NCBI GenBank assembly: GCA_041660565.1
Contig: JBAZWC010000002.1
Coordinates: 217,836-281,835, forward strand
Length of the DNA: 64,000 bases
Origin: Patescibacteria group bacterium
GTDB lineage: Bacteria > Patescibacteriota > UBA1384 > CAJBMM01
Direction of reading: 5' to 3'
Part shown: positions 35,785 to 44,542 of the stretch, one piece after another
Numbering within the stretch: position 1 is the first letter of the stretch
Layout of the letters: each line of letters opens with the position of its first letter
The notes under the pieces: model-generated
Database searches by the model: none
What the model saw: only the letters and a program-made list of their open reading frames with translations
What the model was told of the DNA's origin: nothing
Made by a program: the position numbers and the translations under genes

Positions 35785-35804
35785 GCGTGTGGGCGCCGGC
35801 ACAA

Positions 35805-35839
35805 AACGGCTCGGATGCAGTGCATTCCGAGCCGTTTTT
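35805..35839 (+). terminator. rho-independent terminator of paralog A (identical copy at 36618-36653 after paralog B)
   Basis: AACGGCTCGGATGCAGTGCATTCCGAGCCGTT followed by TTTT. A 32-45 bp identical segment is duplicated after both paralogs. Confidence 0.65.
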
Positions 35840-35958
35840 CATTTAGTTACGTGAAATTTCTTCATTATCATATTCGATTTAGGTGTTACGTATTGAATAT
35901 TATTTATTTTTATGGTATAAAATAGTTTGCATGCACACTACGCTTCGGGAGGCTGTCC

Positions 35959-36594
35959 GTGAAATGGTTCTGCCATGTCGTGCTTGTTCTTGTTATGTGT
36001 TCGTCTGCGTGCTTTGCGAAGGCGCCAACAGGATCGCTCAAGGTGGCGGTGCTACCGTGGGTCTTCACCGAGAATGGGCAGGAGACCACCGTGGCAAAGT
36101 GCCCCGCGGTGACGGCCGTCAAGGGTATGGTGACAATACTGTTGCCCAAGGCGCGGCTCATTTGTCTGGACGAAGCCAAGGTCACGGGTGTCTGGATGCG
36201 CGATATGGGCAAGAAGCTACCTTCCGGCACCGCCTTCCCCGATGATCGTTCGCTGGTGGCTTTGGGTAAGAAGCTGGGCGTAGACTACGTGATGGTTGGC
36301 AACTGTGCCTGGCGGATGCAATCGCCTTGGGTGGAGCGGGGACCGAATTCCAAGGTAGAATGCGCCGTCAGCGTGCGGATCGTCAACGTCAAGACCGGCG
36401 TTGAGGCCTACAAGAACACCGCGAGCACCAACTCGTCCCGCAAGGAAGCTCCACTCACGATCACCCGTGACATGCAGATCTCCTCAATGGTGATCAACAG
36501 TGGCCCCAAGACTCCGCGCATGGGGCTAACGGGCGGATTTGCGGCGGCCAAGGCGCTTAACCCGTGGGTGTCCAAGTTCGCCGGCAAGAAGTAA
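35959..36594 (+). CDS. GC-rich secreted protein, paralog B (about 55-60% identical to paralog A)
   Basis: GTG start with SD GGGAGG 6 nt upstream. It has the same motifs as paralog A. Its own promoter is TTGAAT - 17 nt - TGgTATAAA (35893-35921). The terminator at 36618-36650 is near-identical to that of paralog A. Confidence 0.5.
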   Translation: MKWFCHVVLVLVMCSSACFAKAPTGSLKVAVLPWVFTENGQETTVAKCPAVTAVKGMVTILLPKARLICLDEAKVTGVWMRDMGKKLPSGTAFPDDRSLVALGKKLGVDYVMVGNCAWRMQSPWVERGPNSKVECAVSVRIVNVKTGVEAYKNTASTNSSRKEAPLTITRDMQISSMVINSGPKTPRMGLTGGFAAAKALNPWVSKFAGKK

Positions 36595-36732
36595 GGCGTC
36601 ACGTGGACGCCGACACAAAACGGCTCGGATGCAGTGCATTCCGAGCCGTTATTCATTTTATAGTCGAATTGGCTTGCCATTCCGAAGCCTTCTTGACCTT
36701 CCGTAGCTTTGGCGAAGGAGGTGGCGAAGGAT

Positions 36733-36807
36733 GGCTGGGGAGGAAGGATTCGAACCTTCGATCTTCTGCTCCAGAGGCAGACGCCGTACCGCTTGGCCAC
36801 TCCCCAA
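36733..36807 (-). tRNA. tRNA-Gln (anticodon CTG), CCA encoded
   Basis: Reverse complement: UGGGGAG-UG-GCCAAGCGGUA...UCUGC-CUCUGGA-GCAGA...GGUUCGAAUCC...CUCCCCA-G-CCA. Cloverleaf with a 7-bp acceptor stem, anticodon CUG and a T-loop GGTTCGAATCC. Confidence 0.8.
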
Positions 36808-36915
36808 TAATGCTATTATTATACTCAAAATGCGTCATATTTGCAATATTTAATATAAAATATGCCCCACGGTGTTGGTTGCCGTGGGGCTAGTGTGTGA
36901 GTGATGTACGCTGCG

Positions 36916-38484
36916 TCACTTCTTGACGAGGGCGGCCACGATTTTATCCGCGGCCACCAGCGTCTCCAACTTGGATGTGGCCTCAGATATCAGAGACTCC
37001 GTTGCCGCCAGCTCGTCGCGTTGTCGCTGTGCCAACGCGGTTCGATCGTCTATGACCCGGGTCAAGCGGTTGATTGCCTGCTGGAGCTTGTCGGGTGCGG
37101 GTGTGGCGGGCGTGTTCTGCGGGTGTGGCGTGGGTGGCACTGGTGACGCGCCGTTATGCCCCGCCTGGTTAAGACGGTCCATGGCCAGAGCGATCAAGTC
37201 GTACTCGTGGCCAGGTTTCAGCGTCAGATCGTCCTCGAGGGTAGCCGCCCCGCCTTTGAGGTTTGTCATTACCTTGATGGGCGTCGCGAATACCAGGGGT
37301 TGATTGAGACCGGGTCTAGCGAAGGCGTGCTTGCTCCGTAGTAAGCAGTTGGTTGCTGATGTTACTTCACGGCTCGACGCGCCGATCTGTTTGCCGATTC
37401 GAACGGAGCGCACTTTACCGCCGTTCTCAAAGATCTCCTTGATCAGGTGGTATGCTACTTTGATCTGGACAGGCCCGGTTAGAATCACCGGATCCCCGGT
37501 TAACTCAGGCATCGAATATCGTGCCGGTGCGGTGTCTGCCATTGCGTTGTCTCCTGGGAGTGCGCTGGGTTGGTCTTGGGGTGGTGATGGTGCAACTTCG
37601 TCGTCTGGAGTCAGCGTTTGATCGAGCGGAGTCTGGCAGGTACCGTGCGCCCCGTTTCGGTGTTGAGAGTGGGTGATGAAAGGCTGGGTCATGTCTGTGC
37701 CATCCGTTGCACACGCCATGTCTTGTAACCACCCGTTGTTAAGCAAGCGCTTTCTTGCTTGCCGTTCCAGTTGGTACACCCTCGACTCTGACCGGCGCAA
37801 GACTTCACCGATCTCTTTGTATGTCATCCCGCCGAAGTAGTAGCAGAGAGCTACCTTTCTTTCATTACTCGGTAGGGTATTTACAGCTTGCAGGATGACG
37901 CGACGTGCTTCATTATCCTCGGCTTCCGCTGCTACATCAACCTGCTTGTCTCGAACCATATCTGCGATGGTAATGGTTTCCTCGGTGTCAACCGGTTTGT
38001 CGATCCTGACAAGGGAAGTGCGTTCTTTCTCTGCGCACAAGCCAAGGTAGGATTTGATGTCTAGCTTCAACTCACGCGCAACCTCGTCATCTGTCGGAGG
38101 CCGACCCATCATTGATTCCAAACGGGCTATAACAGCTTCGATCACCTTGATGTTCTCACGTACGGTACGGGGAACCCAGTCTTCTTCGCGCAGTCCTTCC
38201 AGGATCGCTCCTCGAATTAGCGCGATGGCGTAGGTTTCGAACTTAACCATTCGGGTCAGATCAAATTGGTCCACTGCCTTGATTAGACCAATTGCGCCAT
38301 AACCCGCTATGTCGCCTATCTCCATCGTTGGTGGCAGACACGGTATCATTCTACCAGCCGATACTTTGGCTAGGTAAGAGTAGTGGGTGATCAACGCGGC
38401 TCGAGCCCGTGGATCACCCCATTGCTTGAACCGGCGCCAGTTTTCACTGATGCTTTCGGGGCGATCCTGAATTGCCGTGGCCAC
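36916..38484 (-). CDS. FliA/WhiG-type (sigma-28 family) RNA polymerase sigma factor with a Pro-rich C-terminal extension of about 270 aa
   Basis: Region 2 (GDIAGYGAIGLIKAVDQFDLTRMVKFETYAIALIRGAILEGLREEDWVPRTVR), region 3, and region 4 (LPSNERKVALCYYFGGMTYKEIGEVLRRSESRVYQLERQARKRL). The extension has PPQDQP/PPTPHP linkers and a C-terminal coiled coil. The GTG start has SD GGAGG 5 nt upstream. The segment is about 62% GC. Confidence 0.65.
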   Translation of the reverse strand: MATAIQDRPESISENWRRFKQWGDPRARAALITHYSYLAKVSAGRMIPCLPPTMEIGDIAGYGAIGLIKAVDQFDLTRMVKFETYAIALIRGAILEGLREEDWVPRTVRENIKVIEAVIARLESMMGRPPTDDEVARELKLDIKSYLGLCAEKERTSLVRIDKPVDTEETITIADMVRDKQVDVAAEAEDNEARRVILQAVNTLPSNERKVALCYYFGGMTYKEIGEVLRRSESRVYQLERQARKRLLNNGWLQDMACATDGTDMTQPFITHSQHRNGAHGTCQTPLDQTLTPDDEVAPSPPQDQPSALPGDNAMADTAPARYSMPELTGDPVILTGPVQIKVAYHLIKEIFENGGKVRSVRIGKQIGASSREVTSATNCLLRSKHAFARPGLNQPLVFATPIKVMTNLKGGAATLEDDLTLKPGHEYDLIALAMDRLNQAGHNGASPVPPTPHPQNTPATPAPDKLQQAINRLTRVIDDRTALAQRQRDELAATESLISEATSKLETLVAADKIVAALVKK

Positions 38485-38641
38485 GTTGTCCTCCGTGTTG
38501 AGTCGGGAATTGCGGCTGTTTCGGTTAGAAAGGTACGCGGTGGATTTGACATCGATACTTTATCAGATTTGGTGGTTAGCGTCAATTATTGCAGAGTTAC
38601 TGACCGCGCATTAATGACAAAATCTGTGCTACAATTGGCGT

Positions 38642-39211
38642 ATGACAGGGAAGACACATCAAGTTATTGGCATAACGGTTGGGTTAGGGTCGTTTTTGAT
38701 TCTTAATCCGGCCGAATACGGCCCCGCCACCTTTGCGGCGGTGCTGGTTATTTCGTCCCTCGGATCGCTACTACCGGATATCGACTCTGCTGGTGGCGAT
38801 ATTTGGCACACTTTGCCGTTTGGTCACACCATCGGCAAAATATCCGATCCCATTTTGGCTCATCGCAACATTACCCACTCCATTTTAGGATTTGCTTTAA
38901 TTACTTACGGATTTAATCTGCTGCTCAACCTCGCCCCAACCTATTGGGGGCTTAACACGCATTACATTTTAATCGCGCTAATCGCTGGATACGGTAGCCA
39001 TTTGGTCGCAGATATGATAACTGTAGAGGGGATTCCGTTGCTCTGGCCAATCCAAAAGATGTTTGGCATTCCGCCCAAGCCGTTTGATGGTGTGCGTATT
39101 GTCACCGGCAAATGGTTTGAAAACCTAGTCATCTTCCCGGCAGTTAATTTAGTGTTAATTATTCTGGTCGCATCAAAGTGGGATGTGATTAAAACAATTT
39201 TATTAAAATAA
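38642..39211 (+). CDS. YdjM-like membrane-bound metal-dependent hydrolase (DUF457)
   Basis: Polytopic protein with multiple conserved His/Asp residues (HQVIGITVG..., NITHSILGF, GSHLVADMIT). Confidence 0.5.
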   Translation: MTGKTHQVIGITVGLGSFLILNPAEYGPATFAAVLVISSLGSLLPDIDSAGGDIWHTLPFGHTIGKISDPILAHRNITHSILGFALITYGFNLLLNLAPTYWGLNTHYILIALIAGYGSHLVADMITVEGIPLLWPIQKMFGIPPKPFDGVRIVTGKWFENLVIFPAVNLVLIILVASKWDVIKTILLK

Positions 39212-39277
39212 ATCATCAATTATAAAATGCCAATTGAGCCAATTAATCCAATTTGACCAATTGAGAATGAGGAAATT

Positions 39278-40258
39278 ATGGTACAACCGATACTTGTAAC
39301 CGGGGGAGCGGGGTACATTGGCAGCCAAACCGTGCAAGCGCTGCTTGACGCCGGTAAATCGGTGGTAGTGGTGGATAATTTGTCGGCCGGATCACGTCGG
39401 CTTGTGCCCGATGGTGTCGCGTTCGAGCAGGCAGATACGCGTGACGTTACCGAAATGAATCGTATAATGAAGCAATATCATCCCAGTGCGGTGATGCATT
39501 TTGCCGCGCACTTGGCGGTGGGCGAATCGGTTGAAAAGCCAATAGAATATTACGATAACAACGTGGTTGGGGTGATTAGACTGTTAGATGCGATGCGTCA
39601 GAATAACGTTAAGCGGTTTATTTTCTCATCTACCTGTGCCATTTTTGGTCAACCAAAGACCGTGCCAGTGTCCGAATACCTGCCCCCGAATCCCGAAAGC
39701 CCGTACGGGCAGACCAAATTAGCGGTGGAACAGCTGCTGCCCTGGGCGGAAAAAGCCTATGGTATCAAATGGACTGCGCTGCGTTATTTTAATGCCGCTG
39801 GAGCAGCCCACAACGGCACATTAGGGTTGATCCAATCAAACCCTAGTCAACTGATCCCCAAAGCCATTACAGCGCTTTTAGCAGACCAAGAAGTCGAACT
39901 GTACGGCACAGATTGGCCGACGCCCGATGGCACGTGCGTTCGCGACTACATCCACGTTGAAGATTTGGCCAGCGCGCATATTTTAGCGTTGAATCGGTTG
40001 GAAAAAGGGGGAGAAAGCACGGTTTATAATTTGGGCACCGGTACGGGAACCAGCGTAAAGCAGATTTTGGATGCAATTGAAAAAGCATCGGGCAAAAAGT
40101 TGAAAATAAAAATGATGCCTAGGCGTTTGGGTGATCCGGCTAAGGTGTGGGCAGATAACACCAAGGCGGTTAAAGAGCTCGGCTGGCAACCGAAATATAC
40201 GGACATCAACGACATCGTCAAAACCGCCTGGAGTTGGCACTCAAAATTATCCAAATAG
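39278..40258 (+). CDS. galE: UDP-glucose 4-epimerase
   Basis: ILVTGGAGYIGSQTV Rossmann motif, the catalytic SSTCAIFG and YGQTK (YxxxK) motifs. SD GAGGA lies upstream. Confidence 0.85.
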   Translation: MVQPILVTGGAGYIGSQTVQALLDAGKSVVVVDNLSAGSRRLVPDGVAFEQADTRDVTEMNRIMKQYHPSAVMHFAAHLAVGESVEKPIEYYDNNVVGVIRLLDAMRQNNVKRFIFSSTCAIFGQPKTVPVSEYLPPNPESPYGQTKLAVEQLLPWAEKAYGIKWTALRYFNAAGAAHNGTLGLIQSNPSQLIPKAITALLADQEVELYGTDWPTPDGTCVRDYIHVEDLASAHILALNRLEKGGESTVYNLGTGTGTSVKQILDAIEKASGKKLKIKMMPRRLGDPAKVWADNTKAVKELGWQPKYTDINDIVKTAWSWHSKLSK

Positions 40259-40297
40259 AGATTTGCCTTTTGGGGGCGCTAGATTTAATATATAAAT

Positions 40298-40810
40298 ATG
40301 ATATTTCTTAAGAAAAACTTAACTTTTATTTTAGGAATTTCGATCCCGATATTAATGATTATCGCGGTGGCGTTAAGCGTGTATATACCCTCGTTATTCA
40401 ACCAGCCAAAATATAATTTTATTTATTCCAGCGGGTACTCTTACTCGGGCGCCTCGTATTCGGTGGAGAAAGGTAAGTTGGTTACACCAGCTACTCCAAC
40501 TCCAAAAGTATATTCGGACACTCAAAGTTATTCGACAAACTATTCGTACTCAACCACTGATACCACAAAGTTGTTTTTATACGATGTAACAAAGAATCAA
40601 AGCACCGAAGTTACCGCCGAAGAAGTTCAGGGTATGCAGTTAAATTCTAGTACCACGTCCTTGGATGGCTATACAATCACCAGCGGTTTGTCGGGTGAAA
40701 ATTTATTGTCGTATGGCACCAAATACATTAAAGGCCACGGAGTAAGCAAGCAGATCAATCTTGACAGTGAAAGTAAATACTCCTTTAAATTTATTGGATG
40801 GGTAGAGTAA
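40298..40810 (+). CDS. signal-anchored Ser/Tyr/Thr-rich secreted protein (hypothetical)
   Basis: N-terminal TM anchor followed by low-complexity YSYS/STT-rich sequence. Confidence 0.35.
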   Translation: MIFLKKNLTFILGISIPILMIIAVALSVYIPSLFNQPKYNFIYSSGYSYSGASYSVEKGKLVTPATPTPKVYSDTQSYSTNYSYSTTDTTKLFLYDVTKNQSTEVTAEEVQGMQLNSSTTSLDGYTITSGLSGENLLSYGTKYIKGHGVSKQINLDSESKYSFKFIGWVE

Positions 40811-40811
40811 G

Positions 40812-41795
40812 ATGGCAACAAAAGAAGAGATTTTAGATTACATTAAACTGTTGGCCGAGCAAAAAGTGGTGAGCAAAGAAGAGCTTAATTTAGCGTTTGA
40901 TTCGGGCAACGGTGGCCAAATAGACGGTACGACTCCCAAAAAGCTTAACATCTCTGAAGTGCTGTATTTCTTGGGTGGTGGGATTGTGTTTTTGGGCATC
41001 GCTATCATGATCGCGCAAAACTGGGTAGGCTTAAGCAGCTTTACAAAAATATTAGCAACACTTGGGTCCGGTATCGCCGCCTATGCGGTTGGTTACGTAT
41101 TCAGTCGAGATCATCGTACCGAAGCAGTTAGCTCCGCATTCTATTTATTGTCTGCGCTGGTTTTGCCAATTGGATTATGGGTGGTTTTTGGCGGCTCACC
41201 CACGTTCGATCCTAAGCATGGTATCCAAGCGATCATCGCCGCAATATTACTAGCATTATTCTTGGGATCATATCTGGCATTCCGCAAGAATTTATTTGCC
41301 TTGTTTAGCGTTATGTATGGAACGTGGTTGTTCTTTAGCCTAACTTCTATGATGGCAAGCGGGAATGCATATTTGTACGGTGTAAATTTTTATCAATACC
41401 GCGCCCTCGCGTTGGGTGTGTCCTATATGCTACTTGGAAACGCTTTTTCCAAGAACTCACTAATATCGATTCACGGATACCTTTACAGCTTTGGAATACT
41501 TGGGTTTCTTGGCTCGGCATTGTCACTATGCAACTGGTGGTCAAGCGAAAATCTATTTTGGGTGTTTGCTTTTCCGCTCTTAGTATTGGGGGCAATCTCT
41601 ATTAGTGTTCGTATCAAGAGCAAAGCATTTTTGGTTTTTGGCACAATTTATCTAATGATTTATATTTTGTTGGTTACGGCAAGATACTTCTCCACTGGCC
41701 TTGGTTGGCCACTTTCACTGGTGATGGCCGGGTTAGCGTTGATTGGTATTGTTTTTGCCGCTGTCTCGGTTAAAAAGAAATATCTAACCAAGTAA
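40812..41795 (+). CDS. polytopic membrane protein (DUF2157-like)
   Basis: Soluble N-terminal helix-rich segment followed by about eight TM helices. It is adjacent to and coupled with the upstream ORF (1-nt gap). Confidence 0.4.
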   Translation: MATKEEILDYIKLLAEQKVVSKEELNLAFDSGNGGQIDGTTPKKLNISEVLYFLGGGIVFLGIAIMIAQNWVGLSSFTKILATLGSGIAAYAVGYVFSRDHRTEAVSSAFYLLSALVLPIGLWVVFGGSPTFDPKHGIQAIIAAILLALFLGSYLAFRKNLFALFSVMYGTWLFFSLTSMMASGNAYLYGVNFYQYRALALGVSYMLLGNAFSKNSLISIHGYLYSFGILGFLGSALSLCNWWSSENLFWVFAFPLLVLGAISISVRIKSKAFLVFGTIYLMIYILLVTARYFSTGLGWPLSLVMAGLALIGIVFAAVSVKKKYLTK

Positions 41796-41895
41796 ATTTT
41801 ATATTTTATGCTTAAAGTCCGATTGCCAACCGGACTATTTAGCGTATAATAAATATATCTGTACCTGCCCTTATCTCTTTCTTCGGGAGAAAGTA

Positions 41896-42330
41896 ATGCG
41901 CGCGTTTGGCTCGTGGTTTTCCAGTGTCTGGATGAGCCTAAAGGGTTGGCGTCCGTTCCAATCTCGGACTGCGCAATATCGCGTCCAGGCCGAGGTTGTG
42001 GCAGACTGGGTGGCGAGTCAGGTTAGGTTGATGCTTCAGATCAAACCTGGTTCAGACCTAGACTGGGACATCTCGCACTTCTCACTCTATTTGGCTCGCG
42101 CCATTGCGGAGGAACTGGGGCGAGAGGACGGCATACTCTCAATCGTCAATACCGAGAGCACCCGGCCAATCCCTATCTTTGCCAGAGCACTTACGCTGGC
42201 TCGTATCAATCAGCGGAGGGTGGTCAATTCTATCCCTTGTTGTCGGATTCGAATTGTTCCCGGCTGGGTCAAGGCGTATAGCCTAGAGGACCATGAAGCC
42301 GCCCCAAAGACGTTGCAATGTCCCGACTAG
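41896..42330 (+). CDS. GC-rich hypothetical cytoplasmic protein
   Basis: 144 aa in a roughly 60% GC segment. SD GGGAG lies 6 nt upstream. No family is recognised. Confidence 0.35.
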   Translation: MRAFGSWFSSVWMSLKGWRPFQSRTAQYRVQAEVVADWVASQVRLMLQIKPGSDLDWDISHFSLYLARAIAEELGREDGILSIVNTESTRPIPIFARALTLARINQRRVVNSIPCCRIRIVPGWVKAYSLEDHEAAPKTLQCPD

Positions 42331-42426
42331 CCCTGTCCTACCGGCCGCCCCGCGCTTTCTGCGAGGCGGCTCTGCTTTGTTGTACTAATATCTAAATAGT
42401 GATATAATAACATCACCGGCTAGGAA

Positions 42427-42750
42427 TTGTTGCCGGAATTCATCCCAAGGGGGATAACGGTCTTGTCAGAAACCGAAATACGCTCACAGCCAATGGTGTG
42501 CAAGTGCGGCACGGCGGCAGTAGTACATCCCGACTCAGAGAAGGGGGTCGGAAAGAAGAACTGGGTGCAATGCCCAAGGTGTAAGGCGGAGTGGTATCCG
42601 CGATGGTGCTGGAACTGCGGTACCAATGTCGACAGTCGCGTTGATGGGCAGTGTAATAGCTGCGCCTGGCGGATTTGCCCAAGCTGTGGTGCGTGCAAGA
42701 ACTCGATAGATCGAGATAAGTGCAAGAAGCAAATGGAAACAACCTATTAG
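42427..42750 (+). CDS. GC-rich Cys-rich multi-zinc-ribbon small protein
   Basis: Five CxxC pairs (CKCG, CPRC, CWNCG, CNSC, CPSCGAC). The start is uncertain. The TTG at 42460 has SD AAGGGGGA, and the ORF-track call is a TTG at 42427. Confidence 0.4.
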   Translation: MLPEFIPRGITVLSETEIRSQPMVCKCGTAAVVHPDSEKGVGKKNWVQCPRCKAEWYPRWCWNCGTNVDSRVDGQCNSCAWRICPSCGACKNSIDRDKCKKQMETTY

Positions 42751-42848
42751 TTCCAACCTATGGATCACAAAGCCGGTATGCAACGTCGCGTGCCGGTTAT
42801 TATTTTCTTGAAGGTTGTCCGAAGTAACGATTTATTATTGAATGTGAA

Positions 42849-43739
42849 TTATATAGGCCACCCTTTTTTGAACGCATTCCAATATGCATCAATAAACATT
42901 TTTTGAAGCTGATCGCGGTGAAACTCGCTTTCGTATTGGACTAATAATGACGACCCACCCTGTCCTGTGATTTGATACGTATCAACCAAAGTCATTCCCC
43001 ATGACGCGACATCTTGTGGTCGGGTATCAAGGTGGCAGAAGCCGACTGGATATGCGTCGTGAACAATAGAACAACGCATTTGATAAAAATTTTTGGATAG
43101 TTTTATTAGAAATTTGTTAAGTGACGCAATATTTATGCTGTCGATATAATTGATGCAGCAGCAACTTGCGCCAGTGCCATTGATGTTTGAAAAACAATAT
43201 TTTTCTGCATAGTGTCGGTTTTTGCGTATCAGTGAATTGTACACAAGATGTCGGGTAGTTCTTCTTTCAAGAGGGAAAATCCCTGGTTTTGCGAATTGAT
43301 AACCTTTTAGTAATAGTCTTTTATCGGTCTCACTGAGGCATTCGATCATGAATCTGGTAAAACGAGCAGGTTTGCTATTCCTGTACCTTTTGATGCTCTG
43401 TCCCTTTATTTTCCCCGGGCTAAATTTTCCTGCACTACGGGGTGATATAGCTTCTGAAGTAATTATCGAGGCAAGCAAAGGTATTGTTCTCGCTTTTTCG
43501 CTCAGTTCGTTTTGAGTTACTCCTTGCCAAAAAGATAATGCAAAAAAGAAGGAGAGCAAATCCTTGTGTCTATTAATGTAACTTTTCGAGGCTTCAAAAA
43601 TTTCCTGCTGGGTTTTACCAAAGATCGTTTGCAATAGCTTTGAGCATTTTTTTGAATGGTTCAATCGTTCCTGTTGAGTAACGCCTGTCTTGTGTTTGAC
43701 CGGATCAATGGCAAAATATGGGTTCAATATAGTTCGCAT
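42849..43739 (-). CDS. AT-rich hypothetical protein with an Rx4H motif (possible HEPN/Abi-like), immediately downstream of tRNA-Glu
   Basis: 296 aa at about 40% GC, lower than both the core and the neighbouring GC islands. The C-terminal MRCSIVHDAY fits the HEPN Rx4-6H signature. It is co-oriented with and 95 nt downstream of tRNA-Glu. Confidence 0.35.
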   Translation of the reverse strand: MRTILNPYFAIDPVKHKTGVTQQERLNHSKKCSKLLQTIFGKTQQEIFEASKSYINRHKDLLSFFFALSFWQGVTQNELSEKARTIPLLASIITSEAISPRSAGKFSPGKIKGQSIKRYRNSKPARFTRFMIECLSETDKRLLLKGYQFAKPGIFPLERRTTRHLVYNSLIRKNRHYAEKYCFSNINGTGASCCCINYIDSINIASLNKFLIKLSKNFYQMRCSIVHDAYPVGFCHLDTRPQDVASWGMTLVDTYQITGQGGSSLLVQYESEFHRDQLQKMFIDAYWNAFKKGWPI

Positions 43740-43833
43740 TTGTTGGTCTCGTTCGAGGGATTAAGAATACGATTACATTATGAGAAACATTGTATTCATA
43801 ATTTAAATATTGAGGATTAATATGTTATAAAGC

Positions 43834-43908
43834 TGGTAGCCTCACGGGGAATTGAACCCCGGTTTGCAGGATGAGAACCTACTGTCCTAACCACTAGACG
43901 ATGAGGCC
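43834..43908 (-). tRNA. tRNA-Glu (anticodon CTC), CCA encoded
   Basis: Reverse complement: GGCCUCA-UC-GUCU-AGUGGUUAG-GACA-G-UAGGU-UCUCAU-CCUGC-AAAC-CGGGG-UUCAAUU-CCCCG-UGAGGCU-A-CCA. Cloverleaf with anticodon CUC. Confidence 0.8.
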
Positions 43909-43937
43909 ATAACTATTAGATTATAACATTTTTACCA

Positions 43938-44462
43938 CTATTTTGCAAAAACGTTAATTGAATCTAAAATATATTCCAGTTCAGGGGCGAAGGGGTGGCT
44001 AGCTGATCGTAATTGATCTACCTCGTCTTTTGCATAAAACTGCACATCATCTACTTCATCGGGACTAAGTGAAAACGGTCCATTATGAATTGCCTTAAAA
44101 ACCGCGATCGATTTGTGGAGCGGTTTGTCTTGGCGTGTATCTATATACCAGTTCATATCTAACATCTCGATTTTTGTATCAATTCCGATTTCTTCGAACA
44201 ACTCGCGCTTAGCCGCGTCTTCGTAACTTTCATCTGATTTAACGTGCCCCCCGGCGGCGGTGCCAAAATGTCCACCGAATATTTTACGGTTTTTACTCAT
44301 TTTGGTAAGCAAAATTTTGCCATCATTATTAAAAATAAGCACGTGGACAATGCGGTGGGGTAGTCTTTCGGCGTAGATTTGTGCCCGCGTTGCCTTGCCA
44401 ACCACATTATCATCCAAATCAATTACATCTAATAGCTCGTCGTTCATAAAATAAAGGTACAA
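43938..44462 (-). CDS. NUDIX hydrolase
   Basis: Nudix box GGHVKSDESYEDAAKRELFEEIGI. Confidence 0.8.
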   Translation of the reverse strand: MYLYFMNDELLDVIDLDDNVVGKATRAQIYAERLPHRIVHVLIFNNDGKILLTKMSKNRKIFGGHFGTAAGGHVKSDESYEDAAKRELFEEIGIDTKIEMLDMNWYIDTRQDKPLHKSIAVFKAIHNGPFSLSPDEVDDVQFYAKDEVDQLRSASHPFAPELEYILDSINVFAK

Positions 44463-44542
44463 TAAATGGAAGTTTTTTTATAGGGAGTATTGTTTAAAAA
44501 TTGAGATTTGAGATTTGTTGCGATATACTAATATCGTAACAA

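Noticed and set aside
36923-37621. Several plus-strand ORFs (126, 61 and 105 aa) inside the sigma-factor gene
   Set aside because: They are antisense artefacts of a 62% GC region. The minus-strand ORF has clear sigma-70 family regions 2-4 and a GTG start with SD.
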